Origin: Anaeramoeba ignava BMAN
Lineage: Eukaryota > Protista > Anaeramoebae
DNA length: 64,000 bases
Assembly (NCBI GenBank): GCA_028826165.1
Contig: JAPDFW010000063.1
Span: 1,240,001-1,304,000 of the forward strand
Direction of reading: 5' to 3'
Part shown: positions 1-11,200 of the stretch, piece after piece
Layout of the letters: every line of letters begins with the position of its first letter
How positions within the stretch are numbered: the stretch's first letter is position 1
Program-made: the position numbers and the translations under genes
Notes under the pieces: generated by a model
What the model was told of the DNA's origin: nothing
The model's database searches: none
What the model saw: only the letters and a program-made list of their open reading frames with translations

Positions 1-318
1 TTCTTTTAGAAGAAGCAGATTTCGGAAAAATTGAAAATTTACGAGAAAAAAAATTCAAAGTGGAAATTTTGGATCAAATGGATGTTTATCAAGGCATGTG
101 GCCAATTGCAAATTCTTTAATGCTAATGATTTGCTCCTCTTTTAAAACTTCCAGTAATGATGTCATTTTTAAAGAAAAATAATAAAGTCGGTTCTATTAT
201 GGAAATTTATGATGGTGTTCCTGGTAAAATTTTTTATATTAGACCAAAGGAACATGTTTCTATTTTTGATGATGTTGATGATTTTGTTTCTCGTGAAGAA
301 GACAAAAAGGATAAATGA
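1..318 (+). CDS. 3' end of an unidentified protein-coding gene (partial, apparently frameshifted near 100-130)
   Basis: Frame 1 reads FAPLLKLPVMMSFLKKNNKVGSIMEIYDGVPGKIFYIRPKEHVSIFDDVDDFVSREEDKKDK* with TGA at 316-318. Sequence 3-130 is open only in other frames. Confidence 0.4.
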
Positions 319-361
319 GTTTTTTTTTTTTCGAATTCAATTTCAAAACTATTTTCAATTT

Positions 362-1470
362 CTAAATCTAAATCTAAATCTAAATCTAAATCTAAATCTA
401 AATCTAAATCTAAATCTAAATCTAAATCTAAATCTAAATCTAAATCTAAATCAAAATCTAAATCTAAATCTAAATCTAAATCTAAATCTAAATCTAAATC
501 TAAATCTAAATCTAAATCTAAATCTAAATCTAAATCTAAATCTAAATCTAAATCTAAATCAAAATCAAAATCTAAATCTAAATCTAAATCAAAATCTAAA
601 TCTAAATCTAAATCTAAATCAATTTCTAAATCTAAATCTAAATCTAAATCTAAATCTAAATCTAAATCTAAATCTAAATCTAAATCTAAATCTAAATCAA
701 AATCTAATTCAAAATCAATTTCTAAATAAAAATCAATTTCAATTTCTAAATCAATTTCAAAATCAATTTCAATTTAAAAATAAATTTAAAAATAAATTTC
801 TAAATCAATTTCTAAATAAATTTCTAAATAAATCAATTTAAAAATCAATTTCTAAATCAATTTCTAAATAAATTTCTAAATAAATTTCTAAATAAAAATC
901 AATTTCAATTTAAAAATCAATTTCTAAATAAAAATCAATTTCTAAATAAATTCAAAAATCAATTTAAAAATCAATTTCTAAATAAAAATCAATTTAAAAA
1001 TCAATTTCTAAATCAATTTCTAAATCAATTTCTAAATCAATTTCAATTTAAAAATCAATTTCTAAATCAATTTCTAAATCAAAATCAATTTCAAATTTCA
1101 AAAATAAATTTCTAAAATCCAACTAAATAAATTTCTAAATCAATTTCTAAATCAATTTCTAAATCTAAATCAAAATCTAAATCAAAATCAAAATCTAAAT
1201 CTAAATCTAAATCTAAATCAATTTCTAAATAAAAATCAATTTCTAAATAAAAATCAATTTCAATTTCTAAATCAATTTCAAAATCAATTTCAATTTAAAA
1301 ATCAATTTAAAAATCAATTTCTAAATCAATTTCTAAATCAATTTCTAAATAAATTTCTAAATAAATTTCTAAATAAATTTCTAAATAAATTTCTAAATCA
1401 ATTTCTAAATCAATTTAAAAATCAATTTCTAAATCAATTTCTAAATCAATTTCTAAATAAAAATAAATTT
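362..1470. repeat. Intergenic microsatellite (TCTAAA)n grading into 12-mer (TCTAAATCAATT)n
   Basis: Tandem hexamer and 12-mer units seen directly. Confidence 0.95.
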
Positions 1471-1716
1471 AAAAATCAATTTAAAGATCTAATTTGAATT
1501 TCTTTTTGTTTTTTTTGACATTTTTTTTAAATAAAATAAAAAAGGAGAAATTCCAAAAAATTTTTTCCATTTTTTTTTTGAAGTTATGAAAAAGAAAAAC
1601 AATTCAAAATCCACAAAAGAAAAAATTTTTTTCATTTTTATTTTAAAGTTTTTTTTGAAGTTTTTTTTTTTTGGATTAAAGAAATAATATTATTAAAAAG
1701 AAAAAGAAAATAAACA

Positions 1717-2031
1717 ATGAAAACAATCATATGGATTTTAAGTATTATTATGATAATAAAAGAAGTTAAAACACAATGTGTTTCAAATGAAACAATAAGG
1801 AAATCTGATGAATATTTCTGTTTATTAGAGGCATGTTGGTGGTGTGAAATGCAAATTGAAGGAGAAACCGTTTATATTTGTTCAGATGTTGCAACCGCTA
1901 CTTGTGAACAAATTGAAGATTCTCTTAAACATTCTGGAAATCCTTGTTCTTATTTTCAATGCAATTCTATTCCTTTTTTGAGTTATTCTTTTGTTTTGAT
2001 TTTATTTTTTGTTTTAAGTCTTTTCTTTTAA
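1717..2031 (+). CDS. Small secreted or GPI-anchored Cys-rich surface protein (PSI-like CxWC pattern)
   Basis: 104 aa. Hydrophobic N-terminal signal, 8 Cys including CLLEACWWC, hydrophobic C-terminal tail with no cytosolic part. TCA-poly(T) motif upstream at about 1631. Confidence 0.7.
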   Translation: MKTIIWILSIIMIIKEVKTQCVSNETIRKSDEYFCLLEACWWCEMQIEGETVYICSDVATATCEQIEDSLKHSGNPCSYFQCNSIPFLSYSFVLILFFVLSLFF

Positions 2032-2132
2032 ATTTTCTTTCTTATTTTTTTGGATTCAATAAATTAAATAAAAATTTTTTTCTTTCCTTTTTAAAAATTC
2101 CACAAATTTTTTTTATTTACTTTTTGTTAAGA

Positions 2133-3063
2133 TTTTGAATTTGAATTTGATTTGATTTTGAATTTGATTTTGAATTTGAATTTGAATTTGAATTTGAATT
2201 TGAATTTTAATTTGATTTTGAATTTGAATTTGAAATTGAAATTGAATTTGAAATTGAATTTTGAATTTGAAATTTGAATTTGAATTTGAATTTGAATTTA
2301 ATTTTAATTTGAATTTGAATTTTGAATTTAATTTTAATTTGAATTTGATTTTGATTTTTGATTTGAATTTTGATTTATATTTAGATTTTGATTTTTGATT
2401 TTAGATTTTGAATTTTGATTTTTGATTTTGATTTGATTTAGATTTAGATTTTGATTTTTGATTTGAATTTGATTTGATTTAGATTTTAATTTTAGATTTG
2501 ATTTTTGATTTAGATTTTATTTGATTTTGATTTAGATTTAGATTTTGATTTAGATTTAGATTTTGATTTAGATTTGATTTAGATTTTGATTTAGATTTAG
2601 ATTTAGATTTAGATTTAGATTTAGATTTAGATTTAGATTTTGATTTAGATTTAGATTTAGATTTAGATTTAGATTTTGATTTTAGATTTTGATTTGAATT
2701 TGATTTAGATTTTGATTTAGATTTTGATTTGATTTTGATTTTGATTTAGATTTTGATTTTGATTTTGATTTTGATTTTGATTTTGATTTTGATTTTGATT
2801 TTGATTTTGATTTTGATTTAGATTTAGATTTTGATTTTGATTTTGATTTTGATTTTGATTTTGATTTTGATTTAGATTTTGATTTTGATTTTGATTTTTG
2901 ATTTGATTTAGATTTTAGATTTTGATTTTGATTTAGATTTTGATTTAGATTTAGATTTAGATTTAGATTTTGATTTAGATTTTGATTTAGATTTAGATTT
3001 AGATTTTGATTTAGATTTTGATTTAGATTTTGATTTAGATTTAGATTTTGATTTAGATTTTGA
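2133..3063. repeat. Intergenic microsatellite (TTTGAA)n/(TTTAGA)n/(TTTTGA)n
   Basis: Hexamer arrays seen directly. Confidence 0.95.
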
Positions 3064-3070
3064 TTGATAC

Positions 3071-6000
3071 TCAAAAATTATAATTCCGTTCTTTCCTAAA
3101 TTGAAGAAGTCGGTTTTTTGCTGAAAATTTAACATTTTCAAGATGTGAATATTTGGATAACTTAAAAACATTTTCAAAATTAACCATTTCCATCAAAGTT
3201 CTTTCACGAATATCTTCAGAAAACTGCTCCAAATAAAAAAACCTCAACAATTCATAAACGGTTTTATGGTTTTTACCAGTTGGATCAACAATAACATCTT
3301 TTATAATTTCTTGATACATGACATCAACTTTTTTTTCAATTTGATTTTCTTCTTTTTTTTTCCGTTCCTTTTCAACTTGAATTTCCCAAGAATCATCATT
3401 ATCTCTGGAACGTTTATTGGAAATGGGCTGCAAATTCGCGCCAGTTGAAAACATAGGAACAACTTTTTCGCTCAACATTGACATGTCATGTTGACTTAAA
3501 TTTTCGTTGATATTTTCATTTCGTGATTTGAATTCTGACAAATCAAAATCCCAATATTTCTGGATAATCTCAGCAAATAACCGACTTCTTGCAAACACAA
3601 GTTCCTTATGGATCTGGATTTGATGCCCATCACATGACATGATGGTGAGTTTTTTGTCCTCGTTGTCAAGAAACATTTCTGCAAGATCAATGAGCATCCC
3701 ATTGTGTCCGCTTCGTTCAATTAAATCAAACATGCCCATTTTTTTCCCTAGATCAACAACTTCGTCTTGGAAGTCATTTGCGATCACTCCGCCATAGACC
3801 CACCACAGAAACTTATTCAGAATATCGAATCTTCTTGATAATATTTTTCGGCTTATTAAGTCATCACTTTTTTGGTTTTTCAGAACAATGTTGATTTTGC
3901 AAAACTCCACAAACTTTTCCCAATTAATCACTCTGCATTTAACCAAGGCTTTGTGAAGTTGAATTTTTTCTGGGATCAACTCCAAATTGCACACTTTCTG
4001 GTTGATAAATATTCTCATCAAATCCTTCAGCAAACACAAATCATATTTGTGCTTATTTCTTGAGTATTCGAAAGAAAGCACTTTTCTATCCTTTTGAAAA
4101 TAGTTGAATTTCGATTCTTTTAGCGAGCTTTTCTGGACAAGAAACCTCACTAAATTTGTTTCATTTTTGTGGATTGCCTTCCCAAGCTTGATTGCAGTTA
4201 CATCTTGCAAATTCTTATGAGCGATATTTGCCCCATAAAGAACAAGCAATTCCGCGATTTGGAGAATTTTTGGATTGTCTGAATTTTCGCGAATTAGAGT
4301 GAAAAGCGCTGTTTCTTCAAGGGAATTTGTGATGTTTGGATTTGCTCCACTTGCCAATAAAACATTGACCAGTTCAACTTTTCTTTTTCTGCAGGCAAAA
4401 TGCAAAGATGACATTTTGGCCCAATCTTGTGCATCCAAATCTGCTCCATAACGGATGAGCCATTTGGTGATTTTTAAGTCGCATCTTTTTTGAACCGCAA
4501 AATGAAGCGGTGTTCGGTTGATGTAATCGCAACGGTTGATGTCAGCTCCTTTTTCCAGAAGGAGGTGAATTACTGGGAGATCTTGATAAAGAATTGCGAA
4601 AAACAATGGTGTTCTTCCTTTGCGAGTTTCGATATCGATATTGATATATTTTTGATCCAATACTTGCTTGAAAATGTCGAGACTGCAATTTTTTTGGCAG
4701 CAAAGTTGATGCAAACAGCAGTATCCTTTGTTGTTTGGGATGTTTAAATCTGCGCCAAGTTTGAGAAACAATGTGATTTTTTGGATATTTGGCGTGCTAT
4801 TTGAGCACAAATGAAAAAGTGGTGTTTTTCCTTTTTTATCTCGTTTGTTGATATTTGCGTCGTTATTTTTGCCGATTAAATACTCAAGAATTTCGGTGTC
4901 TTTGTTTGTTTTGCAAGCTAAATGCAGAGGAGTTCTTTGTTTGTGATCTAGATGATTTAAGTTTCTTGAGTCACCGTTTTCACAAAGAATTTTAATGATC
5001 TCAAAATCTTGGTCCATTTCACAAGCAATATGTAAAGGAGTTCTTTTAAACTCATCCATTTGATTCAGCTCTGCAAAGGAAGAAGCGAGCAGAGTCTGGA
5101 TTCTTTTTGGTGTTGATTTGATTTTAAGCGCTTCAATAAGTGTGTTTTTATTTTCGGAATTTTTTTGGATTCTTTTTGGAGGTTTTAATAACTCGATAAC
5201 CTCTTGTCTAGGATCTCTCAATAGCGCTGATTCGAGGGGTGTTTGATTAAATGAATTCAGCGCATGCAATTCAGCTCCATGTGAAATTAAAAGAGAGATG
5301 ATTTTGATATTAATATGAGCTGAAGTGACTGCAAAATGAAGTGGTGTGAAGTTGTAGAATTTCTGTGCGCAATGATTTGGATTTGCTCCTGATTTCAATA
5401 GTTTTTCAACCAGATGTCTTTGTGTTTCTTCTTCCATCTCAATGTTATTTTGCTTCAAACTCATTTTGCATGCCAAACATAAGCAACTCATTCCCTTATT
5501 GTTTTCAATATCAACTGCTTTCGGGCCAAATTGTTCAAATTCCGAAATCAACGCATTCGTCAATTTCGGATAAATTTCCACTGCAATTGCCCGATGAAGT
5601 GCTGTTTCTTGTGAAATATTTTGATGTTGTATGTCCACTTTTTTTCGTAAATAATACGCTATTTGGGTCTTTATTTTTCTTTCTTTCGGGTTTGTTGTTT
5701 TCATGCTGCATAAAAAATGTAAAAGTGTATTTTGTTCATCATCAATAAATTTCACATTCAATTCAATGAAGTCTTGGAAGAGTTTGAAGTCGTTGCTGTT
5801 TTTGATTTTTTTTAATCGCTTCAAAATATTCTTGATTTCTTCGTCTGATAATCTTTTTGAGTTGTTTTCCCAAATTTTATAATATCTTGAAAGTTTTTTT
5901 TCTGTTTCTTCTGTGTCGATAATTTTTGTTTTTTCTTTTTTTGGTTGTTTTTTTGAAGGTGAATCGTCCAAGTTTGTATTTAATTTACTATCGTTATTGC

Positions 6001-6784
6001 TATTTAGTTCTATTGGAGATTTTGTTTTTGAAAAATGGGGGTTTTCTTCTTTTCTTTTTTCTTGTGGATGATTCCATTCTAAATTTTGGTATTGATATTG
6101 ATTTTGATTCCATTCCAAGTTTTGATTAAAATTTGTATCTAAATTATTTGGACTTTTATTAAAATTTCTATTTTGATTTTGATTTTGATTTTGATTTTGA
6201 TTTTGATTAAAATTTCTATTTTGATTTTGATTTTGATTTTGATTTTGAAATTGATTTTGAAATTGATTTTGATTCTGATTAAAATTTTGTATCTAAATTA
6301 TTTGGACTTTTATTTCTATTTTGATTTTGATTTTGATTCCATCCTAAATTGTTTGGACTTTTGATTTTGATTGAAATTTCTATCTAAATTATTTTGATTT
6401 TGATATTGAAATTGATTTTGATTTGGACTTTTATTTCTATTTTGATTTTGGTTTTGAAATTGATTTTGAAATTGATTTTGATTCTGATTAAAATTTGTAT
6501 CTAAATTATTTGGACTTTTATTTCTATTTCTATTTTGATTTTGATTTTGATTCCATCCTAAATTGTTTTGATTTGGACTTTTGATTAAAATTTCTATCTA
6601 AATTATTTTGATTTTGATATTGAAATTGATTTTGATTTCTGAAATTTAATTGTTGAAATTGAGTATTGAAAACAAAATTTGTATCAAGTTGTTGTTGTTG
6701 AGAAGTTTGTAATTTTTGAACAGGTTCATTTGTTAAAACAGAATATCTTGATTTTTCTGGAATAAAAGGTAATTTAATTGACAT
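3071..6784 (-). CDS. Ankyrin-repeat protein with C-terminal BTB/POZ-like domains; true start probably ATG 6784 with frameshifted N/Q-rich N-terminus
   Basis: Many TPLH/TALH/GADIN ankyrin motifs. BTB-like KIQLHKALVKCR and QIQIHKELVFARSRLF segments. ATG 6784 is in frame with ORF 3071-6118 and has a TCA-poly(T) motif upstream. Confidence 0.85.
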
Positions 6785-6848
6785 TTTTTAATCAAAAAAA
6801 AAATGAAAAAAAAAATAAAAAAAAATATTTTTAAAATAAAAAAAAATA

Positions 6849-6878
6849 TGGATAGTAAGGGAATCGAACCCTTGGCCT
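6849..6878 (-). pseudogene. Truncated tandem copy of the 3' part (T-arm and acceptor strand) of tRNA-Ala
   Basis: tggatagtaagggaatcgaacccttggcct is identical to 6911-6940. Confidence 0.85.
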
Positions 6879-6910
6879 TTTAATATTTTTAAAAATAAAA
6901 AAAAAAATTA

Positions 6911-6982
6911 TGGATAGTAAGGGAATCGAACCCTTGGCCTCCCGTATGCTAAACGGGTGTTGTGCCACTCAACTAACTACCC
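6911..6982 (-). tRNA. tRNA-Ala (AGC)
   Basis: GGGTAGT/ACTATCC acceptor stem with the G3:U70 Ala determinant. Anticodon arm CCCGT-TTAGCAT-ACGGG. T-loop GGTTCGATTCC. Downstream poly-T. Confidence 0.95.
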
Positions 6983-7070
6983 TTTTAATAATTTTAATTC
7001 AAATTTTTTTTTAAATTTTTTTATTATTTATTATATTTTTAAAATTTAAATTTTTTTTTATTAATTTTTT

Positions 7071-7960
7071 TTATTTAATTTTTGACATAAAAATTGTTTG
7101 AATTATTATATTTTGTTTTTGTATTAATTTCTTTAATTCTTCATTCTCTTTTTTTATTTGTTTATTTTCTTCATTTTCTTTTTCTTTTTCTTTTTCTGTT
7201 TGAGTTGATTCATTTTTTCTTTTAATAAAGATATTTTCATTTTGAATATTTTTTTCTTCAAAATTTTCATTAATTTTTTTATTAGAAAGAAAATTCCAAA
7301 TTGAATCTAAATTTTGAATATTTAAATTATTATTATTTTGAAGATTATGATTTTGATTTTTATTTTGATTTTCATTTTTATTTTGATTTTGATTTTGATT
7401 TTGATTTTCATTTTGATTTTCATTTTGATTTTGATTTTGATTTTGATTTTGATTTTTATTTTCAATTTGATTTTTATTTTGATTTTGTTCCACTTTTTGA
7501 TTTTTATTTTCATTTTTATTTTTATTTTGATTTTGATTTTGATTTTGATTTTGATTTTGATTTTGATTTTGATTTTGATTTTGATTTTTATTTTGATTTT
7601 GATTTTGATTTTGATTTTCAATTTGATTTTTATTTTCAATTTGATTTTCAATTTGATTTTCTTTTTCTTTTTGTTCCATTTTTTTTCTTTTCATAAAATG
7701 TTCTAATTCTTGATTTTGAAAAGGATTTTCTTTATTTGTTTGATTTTCTTTTTCTTTATTTGTTTGATTTTCTTTTTCTTTATTTATTTTATTTTCTTTT
7801 TCTTTAAATCTTTTTTTTCTTCTTCTTTTTTGATTTGACATTTTTTTTGATAATTTCATTCTTTTCCTATTTTTATCCATTTTATTTAAGATTTATTAAA
7901 TTATATTTAATTCAAATTATTTTATTAAATATTTTACATTGAACCTCCCATCCAATTCAT
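7071..7960 (-). CDS. Two-exon gene (7960-7938, 7866-7071); N-terminal MNWMGGS motif like HEIP1/REDIC1 (C12orf40), N/Q-rich middle, C-terminal coiled coil
   Basis: A 71-nt GT-AG intron (7937-7867) joins ATGAATTGGATGGGAGGTTCAAT in frame to ORF 7071-7880, giving MNWMGGSMKRMKLSKKMSNQKRRRKKRF. Confidence 0.6.
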
Positions 7961-8264
7961 TTTTAATTTATCAAAAAAAAAATAAAAAATGAAAAATAAA
8001 AATAAATTTTTTTTTGTTCCACTTTTTTTTGATCTTTTGTTTTCAGGCAAATTCATTATAATTTAAATTTTAAATTATAATTTAAATTTTAAATTAAAAT
8101 TTGATTTTGATTTTGATTTTGATTTTATTTGGAATTTGTTTTTTTAAATCAATCCATTTTTTGATTAAAAAAAAAATATGAAAAAAAATATGAAAAAAAA
8201 AATTGTTTTGTTTTTCTCAACATCAAAAACAATAAAATTTCAAAAGGAGAAAAAGGAAACATTA

Positions 8265-11200
8265 TTAATTTTGCTTGGAAGAAGTACAAGCACGAAAAAG
8301 TCCTTTTCCTTTTTTCAATCTTGTTTTTTTATTTGTATCACTTTTTTTACTGTTTTTGGTTTTTTTTCGAGTTTTAGGATTTGATTCCATTAATTGAATT
8401 AATTCAGGATCTGTTGCATAATCTCTTTTGCACAAAATCCCCTTTATTTTTAAATTTTTAAATAAAAATTAATAAAATTAAATAAAAATTAAATAAAAAT
8501 TAAATAAAAAATTAAATAAAAAATTAAGTAAAAATTAAAGTGAAATTTTTTTACATCCTTTTAAATTTAATTTTAATTTTTATATTTAGTTTTTATATTT
8601 AATTTTTATATTTAATTTAATTTAATTTTTTACATGATTTTTCAATGTAAATGAAGCTCCAGCTTTAATTAATATCTTCGCAATTTCTTCAAAATCATTA
8701 TCTACTGCTAAAATTAATGGAGTATCACCCTTAAAACAAAAATAAATTAAATAATCATTTTAAATTAAATAATTATAAATTAAATAATTATAAATTAAAT
8801 AATCATTTTAAATTAAATAATCATTTTAAATTAAATAATTTTAAATTAAATAATTTTAAATTAAATAATTATAAATTAAATCATTATAAATTAAATAATT
8901 TTAAATTAAATAATTTTAAATTAAATAATTATAAATTAAATAATTATAAATTAAATAATTATAAATTAAATAATTATAAATTAAATAATTATAAATTAAA
9001 TAATTATAAATTAAATAATTATAAATTAAATAATTATAAATTAAATAATTATAAATTAAATAATTATAAATTAAATAATCATTTTTTTTAAATCATTTGT
9101 TTTCATTTTTAAATTATATAATTATAAATTAAATCATTTTAAATTATATTTTATAAATTAATTCATTTTAAATTAAATAATTATAAATTAAATAATTTTA
9201 ATTAAATAATCAAAATAAATTTAATTTAAATTAAAAAATTAAATTAAATAATTATAAATTAAATAATTTTAAATTAAATAATTATAAATTAAATAATTAT
9301 AAATTAAATTTTTAAATAATTTTTAAAAATTTATAAATTAAATATTTATTTTAAATTTTAATTATAAATTAAATAATTATTTTAAATTTAATTTAAATTA
9401 ATTTAATTTAAATTTTATAATTTTAAATTTAATTTTAAATTAAATAATTATAAATTAAATAATTATAAATTAAATATTTATAAATTAAATCATTATAAAT
9501 TAAATAATTATAAATTAAATCATTTTAAATTAAATAATTATAAATTATATAATTATAAATTAAATAATTTTAAAATTAAATAATTATAAATTAAATAATC
9601 ATTTTAAATTAAATAATCATTTTAAATTAAATAATCATAAATTAAATAATCATTTTAAATTAAATAATTATTTTAAATTAAATAATTATAAATTAAATAA
9701 TTATAAATTAAATAATTATAAATTAAATAATTTTAAATTAAATAATTATTTTAAATTAAATAATTATAAATTAAATCATTTTAAATTAAATAATTTACAT
9801 TCTAAAAAAAATTTTGATATTTTTTAAATTAAATATTATTTAAATTTTTTTGAAATTAATTTATAAATTTTTATACTCGATCTTGAATATCAGGATTTGC
9901 TTTTTTTTCTGATAATTCTTTTACAATCTCAATTTGATTATTAGATGTTGCGAAATGTAGAGCAGATGCACCCTTTAAAATCAAAATGATAAGAATTTTT
10001 CACATTTATTTTCTTTTTTTTTATTTTTATTTTTTTTACATCCTTTTCCAATAAAAAAAAAGTAATTATTAAAAATTATTCATTTTATCAAATCAAAAAA
10101 TATAATTTAATTTAATTTACAACCTTATTAAAAATAAAATTAGATTTGAATTAAAAATCAGAATGTAAAAAGAAAAAAATAAAGAATTTATTTTTTTGAA
10201 TAATTTTACAGAATCAACAATATTAATATTTGCATTTGCATCTAATAAAAGACGAACAATTTCAAGATGACCTTCCTGACTAGCAATTAAAAGAGGTGAA
10301 ACTCCCTATTTTAATATTAATTTTAATTTTAATTTTAATTTTAATTTTAATTTTTAATTTTAATTTTAATTTTGATTTTAATTTTAATTTTAATTTTAAT
10401 TTTGATTTTGATTTTAATTTTAATTTTAATTTTAATATTTTAATTTTAATTTTAATATTAATATTAATTTTTAATTTTAATTTTAATTTTAATTTTAATT
10501 TTAATTTTAAATTTGATTTTAATTTTAATTTTAATTTTAATTTTAATTTTAATTTTAATTTTAATTTTAATTTTAATTTTAATTTTAATTTTAATTTTAA
10601 TTTTAATTTTAATAATTTTAATTTTAATTTTAATATTAATATTAATTTTTAATTTTAATTTTAATTTAATTTTAATTTTAATTTTAAATTTGATTTTAAT
10701 TTTAATTTTAATTTTAATTTTAATTTTAATTTTTAATTTTAATTTTAATTTTAATTTTAATTATAATATTAATTTTTAATTTTAATTTTAATTTTAATAT
10801 TAATTTTAATATTAATATTAATTTTAATTTTAATTAATTTTAATTTTAATTTTAATTTTAATTTTAATTTTAATTTTAATTTTAATTTTAATTTTAAATT
10901 TAAATTTAATTTTAATTTTAAATTTAATTTTAATTTTAATTTTAATTTTAATTTTAATTTTAATTTTAATTTTAATTTTAATTTTAATTTTGATTATAGT
11001 TTTAATTTAAATTATAAATGAATTACAGAATTTAAATTAACATCAGCTTTATTCGCAATCAATTCCCTTACAATATCTGTGTGCCCTTCTTGACAAGCAA
11101 TATAAAGAGCTGTTACACCCTTTATTCAATCAAGAAAAAATTTAAATTAAAAATAACGGAAAAAAAAAGGTTTTTTTTTTGATTTACTTTCTATCAATAT

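Noticed and set aside
209-841. ORF with NLNLNL repeats, and the many similar ILIL, KIKI, FDFD, NFNF and KYKY ORFs across the window
   Set aside because: Stop-free translations of hexamer microsatellites, or antisense and alternate-frame shadows of real N/Q tracts
2540-3063. (TTTAGA)n as an interstitial telomeric repeat
   Set aside because: No G-run, and it grades into TTTTGA and TTTGAA like the other hexamer satellites; no evidence of a chromosome end
6849-6982. tRNA 3' duplication as attL/attR of an integrated mobile element
   Set aside because: Only about 30 nt separate the copies and there is no integrase or cargo
10158-10170. Plus-strand cag|AAT|gtaaaa resembling an antisense microexon
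   Set aside because: No plus-strand gene here. It shows such patterns can occur by chance, although the six minus-strand cassettes are supported by the repeat register.
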